A stretch of 64,000 bases of DNA, taken from contig JAYWIR010000008.1 of NCBI GenBank assembly GCA_036172245.1, forward strand, positions 682,001-746,000, given 5' to 3'. Positions 23,701-34,499 of the stretch are shown here, piece by piece (position 1 is the stretch's first letter; each line of letters opens with the position of its first letter). The translations under genes and the position numbers were made by a program. The DNA is from Raillietiella orientalis (taxonomy: Eukaryota). The notes beneath the pieces are model-generated. The model saw only the letters and a program-made list of their open reading frames with translations. It did no database searches and was not told where the DNA came from.

Positions 23701-26700
23701 GGAACCCCCGCGAGCTCGTTCCCACCCCTCCTTCCCGTCGGCGAAGCGGAGGGGGGAGTCCCTCTCTGGAGCTCCGCGCCCCTGGGACCTCCCGAGGCGG
23801 CCGCTCCCCTCCTGCGTCCCCGCAGGCAACTGCGCCACCAAGTCGGCGACCTCTGGCGCTTCGCAGCCTGGCCACCCGGACGGTGGAGAACCTGAGGTCG
23901 CGGGACCGGGGCGGTCCTGAGTCCCATGGCTCTGAGGAATGAAGGGAGCAGGCCACTCCGCTCGGGATCCTGAGGGTGGGAAAGAGAGTGGTCCGTGAAC
24001 GCAAAGACTCGTCTCCTGGAAGGCAATCGCCGGGGAGGGGGGTGGGAGGGGGCTCGGGAATCCAGGGATTTTCCGCTCTTTCGTTCCTCGATGTCGCCGC
24101 CGCCGGGAAATGTCGTGCCATGGGGAGTCCGGTATGGAGCGGTTCTTCGGTCGAAGTGGACGGCGGCGGCCCCTGCGCTTCCTTGGGGACAAAAAGCGAC
24201 CCTAGGGAGACCCCGCCGGCGGACATGTCGCGGAGCGCCGCCGATGCGCTTCGGCTGTCGCCCGCGGTCGCGGCGTGTCGCTGCGGTCAGGCACACGTGC
24301 GCGCTGACCTCAAGCGATAGGGGAGGGGAAGGGGGGAGGCCCTCGACGGGACTCGTCACTTGGCCCAACGAGACCTCAGAGACATGTGACCTTCTCGCCT
24401 CAGGCGGCGCCGGGGATCGCTAGTCATCGGGCGAGGTAGGGGGGGGGGGAAGGGGGAGGGAGAGGTGTGGCACTCACATGACCATCCCCCCCCTTTTGCT
24501 CCGCGCGCCTCTCCAAATGGAGATCTCCACTAGCGCGACCCTCGGTTCTTCATGGGCCATCCTGAAGGGGCGGCACGAGGTCATCGGCACTGTCCCTTCC
24601 CCCTTCCCCACTAACTCTCAAGCGGGGTGGGGGGGCACGGAGCGCTTCCGGGATGACACTTGGCAGTGGCCTCTCATCCTCGCCCACGCCGGTGTCCCAC
24701 GCTCGGGCCAACCCCCAGCGTCCCCCGCGCAACCTTTGCCCTTGGCTCGGAGATCCCCCTCTCACCCCCCACCCTTTCTCCTTCCCTGTCTCCCACGGCA
24801 GCGGCTCCCGAGCGGACCAATCCGGGACGAGCCCGGGCGGCGGCGCGCGGGCGGGTGACCAATGAGCGGCGGGGTCGCGCGCGGAGGCGAGGCCGCGGGA
24901 GACTCGCCTCCAAGCACGGCCCGGATGCGGGGGCCGACGGCCCTAGCCCCGCGACACCTCCTCCGGGAAGCAGGGGCGGACGTCCCGGGGAGCCCTGCGG
25001 CAGGAACCGTCGCGGTTGCCAGCGTTACGCGGATCCCCCGGAGACCCGGGCGAGTTGCTAGGCGAGGGTATTTCCAGGTGATGGGAGGGGCAGCGGGGAG
25101 CCCCTCGCCCCCTCCCTCCCTCCCAGTAGGGTTTCCAGGAGATCCCACCCCACGTCGGTCTCCACCCCTCCGACGGGGGCCTCGGGGAGAGGGCCTTTCT
25201 CCGCCTTCGCCTTTCCCTCTGCGCAGCCGGCGGCGGCTGCTGCTTCGAAGGGGAGGGGGTGGTGCGAGGGTGGGGCTGAGAGCGTCTCTCCTCCCCACCC
25301 CGAAGAGCTTTGAGGGCGGGGAACACAATGCAGCCACGGGCTGGAGGAAGGGGAGGGGGGGGGGCAGTCCCACCTCCCTACCGCCTGCCGGAGAAAATGC
25401 TCAAGCAGGGAGGTCAGGTAGCGGGGGAGGGGCTCTGTCCCCCTCTCTTCCGGGTGGGCCGTCTCGTCTCTCTGTGGACTCGCGGAGGCGTGCGGGGTGG
25501 ACCCAGGACCACAGAAGTGGGGGGAGGTCAGCAGCGTCCTGCTTCCCCCGGGGCACGAGCAGACTACTCGTGAGAGAGACCCTCGCGGCCTCAGGGGAGC
25601 CCCCTTGAGCGGGGGGTCCTCCACTGGGCGCGACGGAAGGCGGTGGCGTGGCCTTGCCCCAGGGGAGGAGTAGGAGTGTTTCCCTTGACTACGGGATGAG
25701 GGAGGGGGGCGCTATCGGGTGCGGAAATTTCCCTCACTTTACCCCTGCCTTGTCTCAGAGCGATCCCCCGTGCTCTCTTCTCACGCCGTCTGGAGGGGGA
25801 AGAGGAGGAACGGCGGCGCTCACGCAGCCTCCTCTCGCCCCGCCCCGCCCTCCCGTCTGCTTCCCTCCTCTCCCGTCGCCATGGAGACAGTCTCGACGGG
25901 AGGACCGCGGAGGGAAAGCGCCGGGCTGCAGGTCTAGGGGGAACGAAGGCGGGCGGGTCCTCGGAGAGAGGGCTTCCCGGGGCGGGGAGAACCGCCGTGG
26001 GGGGAATGCCCAAGTGGGAAGAGGGGAGGAAGGTGAGTGGGTGGATTGGTGAGGAGAGGTTCGTCCCGCGCGGCGGCCCTTCCTCTCCTCGGGAAGGCGA
26101 TGGGGTGACCTTCCAGAACCGGCAGGGCGCCGAGGGGAGGAGCTCTGGGTCGACTCCCCCTGCCCGAGAGACCCGCTAGGACCGGAGGGAGCTCCCGCCT
26201 CGTTGAGTCGACTCCGGCGGCGTGCGTGCGTGCGGCGAGTGCTCCCGCGCAGGCGCTGGAAGTCGATCCGAGGCGCGAGGGGAGAGGTCCTCGTCCTATT
26301 GGTCGGTAGGTGAGTCACGCCCCGCCCCTCCGCTTTGTCCGACGGCCTCCGGAGGCGGTGCCGCCGCTCGCGAGAGGCAGCGATTTCGCTGCAAGCGACA
26401 GCGGCTGAGGTCTCTCAGAGCCTGCTCTCGCCCCCGCGGGCATCCCGGAGAGGGGTCGCTCTCCCGCCCCCGCACCGGGCCAACTGCGCCCCGCCCGGGG
26501 GTAGGTCGTCTGCCTCCTCCCCACCCCTCCTTCTCGCGTGCTCCTGCAGATCGCGCTCCTGGCTTTTGCCCCTCGTAATCTCTAGTGACCGTCGTCTTCC
26601 GTGATTTCTCCAGATCCCACGCCCTGGTGCGTCCAGCGCGGCACGGCGGAGAGCTCCCCGGCCACCTCCCGGGGCCCCCTTCCTGCGGCCACACCGTTCC

Positions 26701-27915
26701 AGGGAGAGCCCGTGTCTTCCAGGAGCGGGCCTGGGGAACAGCGGGGACCGAAAGAGCCCAAACCCGAGCACCCGCTATGCTTTCGTCCCGAGCACTTCCT
26801 TGCGTCCGGGCTCCTCCCCCTTTCTCTCTCGGGGAACGCGCCGGCTCAGGCCGACTCCCGGCTTCCACGCGCTCTGGAGCCACCGCCCTTGCCTGGGGGC
26901 GGGACGCTGCGGCTGATGACCCACGCGTGCCTTCCCCCCGCGGCCGGCGGCGGCGGGGCAAAACCGCTGACCCTGACCCCCTTCCGCGTGCGCCCGCCTC
27001 TCCCTCCCTCCACGCTTTCCTCCCGCGTCGACGAGAGGCAAGGGAGCTGCGAACGTCGGTGGCACCCCTGGGCCACCTTTGCCTGTCTAGGAGCGCCCCA
27101 GGGAAGCAAAGGGGCGCAGCGTCTGCTTCGGCACGGTTCTACCATCCGGAGGCACTGAGTGTTCCAGGGAAGGGTGGGGGGATCTCCCTCCTCCCTAGGA
27201 CGCGTCTTCCCTCCTCGAAGGAGACGGCGGCGCAGGAGCCTGAGAGGAACGTTGTTGGAGATGGTGCGTTCCGCCGGCGAGTACTTCCGGGAAAACAGGA
27301 AGGGAAAAAGAGAGGGGGGGGAGAAGGAGGGAGGTGGAAGGAATCGATACGCGCGCGCGCGGATCCTCCGTCCTCATGCGGGCGCACGTTGTCCTCTCGG
27401 AGACTCTGATTGCCGGGCTCCTCCATTTACGACGAGAGCGTTAACGGCCGGAGTACCGCTCTCCCGCTCGATACGCCTCGGCGTGGATTCCAGGTTTACC
27501 TGTTTCCGGGCCCTTCATCTGCTGGTTTTTACGGTCGTGCGCCGGGACGTTCGGCGATAAAACTTTCGCATATTTGCCTTCACATCTTCCTGAGGATCTG
27601 CGCTGACACGAAAACGCTCTTCATCGTGTGCTAATGAGCGGAGCAATCTGTTAGCAGATCGTGTGAGATATTCCCGCGGACGCACATCCCCTCCGTCGTC
27701 TGGGATCCGCTTCCTTTCAATTACGCGGAAGGTCCGTCGTAAATTCCCGGCAGCGATATCTCCTTGGATGCAGGCGATGCGTCGCGGAGCCTTCGCACGC
27801 CCATCCTCACGCTCTCCCCTGCACGACGGTCGTCGTGACCTTTCCGACCGCCCGTCATCGACGGTAACCAATGATCAGGCGCGCTTTTTTCCGATTGTTT
27901 CCCGCTTTCTCGGAC

Positions 27916-28058
27916 CCGTCGCCGAGCAACAATGCTCCTCCGAGAGCTACCGCGCTTTCCGATCCGCCGTCGCCGAGCGACAATGCTTCGCCGAGCGCTT
28001 CCGCGCGTTTCGATCCGTTGGTGCCGCTCAACAATGCCTTTCCCGTGCGCTTCCGCGG
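27916..28058. repeat. Degenerate tandem repeat, 51-bp unit, about 2.8 copies
   Basis: Units start at 27916, 27967 and 28018 (approximately CCGTCGCCGAGCRACAATGCT...GAG.GCT.CCGCGC.TT.CGATCCG). Confidence 0.9.
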
Positions 28059-30036
28059 AGAGCCCTAGCGTCGCCGCTTGGCGACCACGAAAACCTCTCT
28101 TTCGCTCGACAGCTCCCCTGTAAACATAGCGGACAGTTCTCTTCCGTGCACCCCCCATTCGACTTTGATCGTAAAATTTCGCAGAGCGCAAACGGCGTCA
28201 CTCAGCCTACAGTTCCCTTGGCAAAGACTGTCACTGTCGAGGGTGTCAGCGCCCGCCATCATCCAGCGCGTGCGCAGCAGTGGTCGTTGCTAGAGGCTGG
28301 TCGTGCGTTCCCCTCACACTCACCTGGAGACGAACGACCAGGATCCCAGCTCCTACGTGAAGAGGCGGCGCTAGGGTAGATTTTCAGGTTGCCGCCTCCT
28401 CTACACGCCACCTCCAGAGCACGCTACTCACGTCATCATCCGCGCTCGCCTCGAAGCGTCCGTTTCCTTGACAGTGCCCTCATTATTAACGAAACGCAAA
28501 CAATTCGTAAGCTGCACATGGGTGATGGATCGTCTCGTGCTCTTTTGTCCAGCGTGCTCGCTGCTTTATCCCGGACGTCTCCTGGAACCAGGGAGATGGA
28601 TGGTGATGTCAGAAGACGATTCCCAAGATCAGTGATTTTCATGCGAGCAGGGGAAGGCAAAGGGGAGGGGCGAAAGAAGAAAAGAGAGAGAGAGAGTGGA
28701 GGAAGATCATAAGGGAAAGGAAGGGAAAATCTTTCCATGAGGAGCGTTTCCGCCCCACAGGGATGGAACCGAAGGAAGATCTCGGAGACGACGGGGGAGG
28801 CAGGCAGGGAAGAGGGGAGCGTCCATCTCAGGGGTGGGGTCGTGAAGGCAGGAAGAGCCGTTGCATAGTCTGGAGCCGAGGTCAGCTGCAGGGAAGCACT
28901 TCACGATCGCCCCGGAACCGGCTGCCTCCTCGGTGACCACAGGTGCGCTGGGGAGTCTTCGTCGACAACGGGAGGCGGGTCCTCGCTCTCTCTACTCGAG
29001 GGACGCTTCCGGATCGCGCGTTTCCAAGGAAGCAAAGCGATTTCCCCCCCCCCCCTCTCTCCCCGCGGAAGTGAGCCGCCACTTCTTCGCCCCTCTGGAC
29101 CAGGAAAAGGAGAGAAAAAAATCCCCTAGTTCCTCGTCCTCACGGCGCTTCTTCCTTCCGCTTCCAGAAAGAGCCGCAAGGGAGGGACGAGGCACGACCC
29201 TTCAGGGATCATCCGAAAGCGAATGCTCTCCGGTTGCCTGGAGGAGACTCGACCCCACCGAGCCGCAGGCGTATCTCTTCTTCCCGCCTTCCTCCCCCCT
29301 CCTTGCGTCGGAGGCGGGCGCACGGAGAGCGACGTCAGGAATGCGAAAGGGTCGCCGGGGACGTCAAGCAGTCTGCGACATTCCGCCCTGCGGCGTGTCC
29401 GGGGGCGAAGGACCGTCACCGCGGGGAGCCCCCGCCACCTTCCGGCTGCTCTTCTCGGGACGGCGGCGCGTGCGCACATCTGAGAGGCGACACCATGTGC
29501 CAGGTGCACGCGGATGCCGCGGGGCGCGCGAAGGGGGTCGTCTCTACCTCCTCGAAGGAAGGGGGAGGAGGGATCGCAGGAGAAGGTGTCCCGTTCTTAT
29601 TCCTCATCCGACCCGGCCCAGGCATCCAGGTTCACCCTAGTCTCCTTCGCCCTGTTTTCCCGAAGCTCAGGTGATCCTCCTCACCTTCCTTCCCCCCTCC
29701 CTCCTTCCCTGGTGCGTTTCTTTTCGACGCGAACCTGTGGGGGCGGTGGCAGATCCGAGGGGCAGACCTCCCTTTCCAGTCTCCGCTTTACCTTTCCTCC
29801 TCTTCCTCCTCCATCCCGCCAAACGGCTTTTCTCTGGGTGGGCGGCAGAGGCGGAGGTCCAGGCGGGGATAAGAGAAAAAAAAAAACATCGGAGGAGGCG
29901 AGCCGAAGAGAAGAAAGAAGGAACCGAGAGCGGGAAAGGAGGAGGAGTGGGAAGGAAGGAATGGGAAACCGCCTTCGGCCGCAGGGCGCCCACTACGGGG
30001 AGCGAATGGGCGAGCCGGCCGCGGCGTGAGCGGCTG

Positions 30037-30092
30037 CTGATTGGCTGGGCCTCCTCTGTTAAGAGAGACGCCGGCGGCTGGCGCGATCAGTC
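30037..30092 (+). promoter_or_regulatory. Putative core promoter of the Sox gene
   Basis: CTGATTGGCT (inverted CCAAT, 30040-30044), TATA-like TTAAGAG at 30059 (-30) and arthropod-type Inr TCAGTC at 30087-30092 (A+1 = 30089). The TATA-Inr spacing is canonical. Confidence 0.5.
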
Positions 30093-30527
30093 GTTCCACG
30101 CGGAGTCCTCAGTGTGTGCCGCGCCGCCGCCGCTGCAGCCGCCGAGTTCTTCTCCCCCCCCGCCTCCTCCTCTGCTCCCCCCATTGGACCGATGTCCTCC
30201 CTCGGAAACGCGGCGTTCCCGGGTCCGAGCAGCAGCCGCGCACCCCCCACCTCCTCTTCCTCCCACTGCATGCGGGTCAGCTCCTGGCGGCGGTTTCTCG
30301 GCCTCTTCCCCCCCTTCTTCCCTGGATCCCATAGGGACTCTGCAAGAAGACGGAGGAAAGGGGGGGCGTGTGGTGATCGTCCCGGGGGCGGGCCGCGTCG
30401 GGGAGGGGAGGGAGGGTCCTGCTCTCCCGTTTTTCTCCCTCCTCCGCGTGACCGCCGCCGCCCCTCTTCCCCTCACTTCCTTCCCCTCCCGCCGGCGCCT
30501 CACCTCCATGTGTCTCTTCCAGCCTCG

Positions 30528-32032
30528 ATGACGTGCGACTCGGAGGTGCTGATGATCCGCTCGCAGAACGCGCCGCCGCCCACGCCATCGCCGCCGCCGG
30601 CGCCGCCGTCGTCGCTGCTGCTACTGCCTCCGCCCCCGACGACGTCGACGCCGCCATCGTCGTCGTCGTCGTCGTCGTCTCCCGCGGCGGCACCTCCCCC
30701 CGAGAAGTCCGGGAAGGGCGCGCCGCCGGAGGGCGGCAAGATCAAGCGCCCGATGAACGCCTTCATGGTGTGGTCCCGGATCCAGCGGAAGAAGCTGCAG
30801 GCGGAGTTTCCGAAGATGCACAACTCGGAGATCAGCAAGCGGCTGGGCGCCGAGTGGAAGCTCATGGCGGAGGCCGCCAAGCGCCCGTTCATCGACGAGG
30901 CGAAACGCATCCGGGCGCAGCACATCAAGGACCACCCGGACTACAAGTACCGCCCCAGGAGGAAGGTCAAGGCGCAGAAGAGGGAGGCCGCCGCCTTCGG
31001 CTACTCCCTCACGTACCCCAGCTTCCCTATTGGCTCCTTCTCTTCCGGTAAGACGTTGGGTTGCGGCAAGAACTCTCCCCCTACCGTGCCTGCCACCCCT
31101 CCGCAGGGATGCACCTGTACTCCAACCCCTGGCCTTCGACCCCGATGAGGACCGGCGGGCCTGGAGGCTACTCTCACCACCACCACCACCACCACCACCA
31201 CGGAGCAGGAGGATTCGAGCAGCCCCCTGAGTTTCCGGTCAGTCCCCCCCCTCTGTCCCCCATTATGCGCCCTCCCCCTCCCCTGTGGGCGGTCTCACCG
31301 GCAGCTCTCCTTCAGATTCCGTACCCTCAGGGCTTGCTGGAGGTCTCCAAGTACCAGCCTGCGTACCCCAGCCTCCTCAGCGTCTACTCCAACATCGGCA
31401 GGGGCGCCCCCGATAGTTTCTTCTCCTCCTCCTCCTCCTCCTCCCCTGCCTCCGGGGGACCGGACGCGCCGCCCATCGATCGGAAGGGTGACGAGGTCGA
31501 GGTCGGCAGAAAGCTGCTCGTCCACCCCTCCGACGACTTCACGACCTGTCTCGCGCCTCCCAAGACCGAGATGTACCCTCAACAGCAGCAGCAGCAGCAG
31601 CAACACCCCCACTCCCACCCCCAACAGCAGCACGCATCCCCGCACCCCCACCAGAGCCCCAAGACCGCCGCCGCGGACAAGAGGCCTCCCGAGGTCATCG
31701 AGTGCGTCGTGCAGTCGGCCTTCCGACCGGCCGGCGGCGTGACGGCAGCGGGCGCCAACGGCGGTGGCGGAGCCGGGCACGTCCCGTCCGTCTCGGCGGC
31801 TGCGGCGGTGCTGTACGACGCATACGCGACCTCGGCCTTCGCGGGCAAGCAGACGGTCCCCGGTGCCAGCCCCGCTTCCAGGCTGCTCCCCCTGGGCAGG
31901 AACGCGACCCCCGTGATGAACGGACCCCCGGGATTCCCCTTGGACGCCACCGCAGCCGCCTACGGCTTCAACGTCCCCGTGGGGCTGTCCGGACTACCCG
32001 ACTACAGAGGGTCCCTGTCCATGTTCTACTGA
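30528..32032 (+). CDS. Group B Sox (HMG-box) transcription factor, Dichaete/Sox21b-like, 481 aa; join(30528..31047,31107..32032); the true N-terminus may start at ATG 30192
   Basis: HMG box ~30738-30971: [78 protein letters not shown]. This carries the SoxB signature, and SR(I/L)QR instead of SRGQR points to Dichaete/Sox21b. A 59-nt intron (G|GTAAGA ... CCCTCCGCAG|) joins the two ORFs in frame. The protein has poly-Ser, His9, Gln9 and Ala-rich tracts and ends in [16 protein letters not shown] at 32752-32757. Confidence 0.93.
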
Positions 32033-32826
32033 GGTGGCGACCGGGAAGAAGGGGGAGGAGCGCGCGCGGGACTGGAGTCGCCCGATCCCCCTCCCCCCGC
32101 GCCGCCGAGTGACGCCGGCGCGCGGATGCTGTGATACTCCAAGACACCAGCCGCTCCCCTCCCCTCCCTTCCTCGACCGGACTCGCTCCGTCTTCTTTTT
32201 CCGACGGATCCGTCCCGAAGCCGGGTCAACAGCGGGGCTGGACAGCTTCCGTCCCCTTCTCCGGCTCCTGGGGAGAATAGGCCTGGACCGCCACCTTCGG
32301 ACTTCTGGATGACTTCCCCGGAAAACTTACCGGGATGAAGGAACAGCCTGTGCTCCCGCACTCCCGGTTCGCCAGCCCCGGAGAAGCCTTCGTCCCACAC
32401 CCTTCGCCTCCTCCCGGTTCCGCACTTTTCCCTCCTCCTCCTCCTCCTCTCTCCAGAGGTTCTCCCGGGTGCTTCGTATCTCTCCTGGGAAACCACACAG
32501 CCGGGGCGTCTCCCCTGACAACCGGGCGAGGCGACTGCGCACCAGCGGATCTCTCGTTTCTGATCCCCCTCCCCCATCTCTGAGCATGCCGAGGAACCGT
32601 CCTCTCCTTCTCTTCCTCCCCCGAATCATCGCGACCCGGCAGCAGCGTTTCGTCTTCCTGTCTCGACGTTCCCCGCCGCCTCGTGCTCCGTTCCCAGCAC
32701 CGAAGGCTGAGGGAAAGCGACCCGCTGTTTGTACGCATCATTGTACGGTACAATAAAAAAGGAAAAGCGCACAATCAAGGTAGACAGGGAGAGGTTGGCA
32801 GCGCGCGCGAGAGAGGCGGAGAGTTA

Positions 32827-32849
32827 GAGAGAGAGAGAGAGAGAGAGAG
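32827..32849. repeat. (GA)n microsatellite downstream of the Sox poly(A) signal
   Basis: Seen directly; about 11 GA units. Confidence 0.9.
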
Positions 32850-34499
32850 GAGATGGTGGCTGCGGCCGGCTGGCTCGCGCCTGTCCTTGGAGCAGGTGCG
32901 TCGCGAAGAAGCCAGAGAAAGGAAAAAAAGGAGAGAAAAAAAAAAACTCCCTTGGTTTCAGCGCAGAGTCTCCGCGCGCTGTCCCGGCTTGCGCGGCTCG
33001 CCCCGATGCATTGTGGGCCGCTGCCGACAAGCGCACGCAAAACCCCGCGCAGGGGGAAGGGAAAGGCGGGAAAACCGAACGTCTTGCAGAGCGGGCTTCA
33101 CAACAAGCGACGGTTGACCGACCTCCCGGTCGCTCGCTGCTCGCAACCAAACGGGTGGCGCCAACCCCTACCAGGATGTGGTGTCTATGCGCACTTCTGT
33201 GCGAGCGCCAGCGTGCGCAGTCCGCGAGCTCGGGCCGGGGTCGATGGAAGCGCCGTTGCTGCCTGAGCACGCGGTTCGCGGGGTGCGCTATAAATAGCAT
33301 TCCTGGGGCCGCGAGCGCTCGGCATTGTTGACGGGCATCAGCGGATAAGCCGCTGGTTTTCCGAGCGGATTTTTCCGCGGCCTACACGCTGCCGGGAGAC
33401 GGGAGCCGCGCCCGGCTCGCGCTCCTTGAGCCATGCCCTCGTGGATGCCACCGGCAAAAGAGCAGCTCCGAGCGGTGCACCTCGTGAAAGAAAGAAAAAA
33501 AAAGAAAAGAGAGAAACGCACTTGCTGGCTCCGCTGGCTCGTTGGTGCGACGCGCGGGGCTCGCTCCGCGGCGGAGTGGGACCGTAAGCGAAACAGGATG
33601 GCTACCTCGAACGGATCCCGGTGCCACCGCGGAAACGACGTTTCTGCCCGCGAGAGCACGGCAGGAAGCCGCGGTCTCCTTTTGCCGCGCGACCGGGAGG
33701 AAGAAGAAAGGAAGGATCCACCGTGCAGTGAAAACTTTGCCTGAAGTCCGTGAAGCCGCCGGGGCCAACTGGATGCAGCTCGGACACGGGAGGCGTCCAT
33801 TGTAAAAGTGAAAGTTAGAGGAAGACTGGAGCGGATTTTCCCTTTCTTCAGGAATTACACGGCCCATCGAAAGGAACGCTCCAGTCCTTCGATCAGAGTC
33901 ATCCACGCTATCGAACACCGAAAGTCGGCACGACAACGACTGCTTCACGGGGAGGGTAGGCCGGGATGTGCGGGGCAGATGTCGCACTGCGCACTGAAAC
34001 CCCTGGTGGTCCACTTCCGAGCCCCACTTTATTTTTATCCATTCATTTATTTTTATTTTTTGTTTTCGCCTGTAGGTCCAAGTGAGGTCCTGGTTTCATC
34101 TGTCGAGAGGGTGGCGCATCCTCTTGGAGGGGGGGAGCCTTCCCTGGTGAATCGGTGAGCGATCCCGACTCCCGGAGCGCGAGTGGCGTGAAGCTGTCGA
34201 CTAACCCGTTCGAGCGAGCCTGCTGGGACTGCCCTGCCGTTTGTCGGCCTTTGTGATCGCCCATCGGACGGAACGAAGGGGTTAAGGGGGGTGAGGGTGG
34301 GGAGTGGAACGAAGGGCTCGCGACAGGTCCCGGACGGGAGCGACGCACGCGATCACGGAACCTCCATGGAAAAGGAGAAGAGTCGTAGTCATCGCTCTTG
34401 GCAGGTAGACCGCAGCAGCCCACTCAGATGGCGGGCGCCGCCTTCAGTGCTACCCCGGACTTTTGTGGCTTGGAGAGCCCCCGGACGTTCCGAGGAGGG

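Noticed and set aside
27663..28379. 238-aa ORF with a 17-aa repeat as a real protein, or the 51-bp repeat as a CRISPR array
   Set aside because: Differences between units show no third-position bias, the units are contiguous with no unique spacers, there are no cas genes, and the context is eukaryotic.
31048..31106. Apparent frameshift between the two Sox ORFs (pseudogene or programmed frameshift)
   Set aside because: A canonical 59-nt GT-AG intron restores the frame.
30277..31950. Antisense ORFs with poly-T, poly-D, poly-V, poly-L and poly-C peptides
   Set aside because: They are shadows of the Sox trinucleotide tracts.
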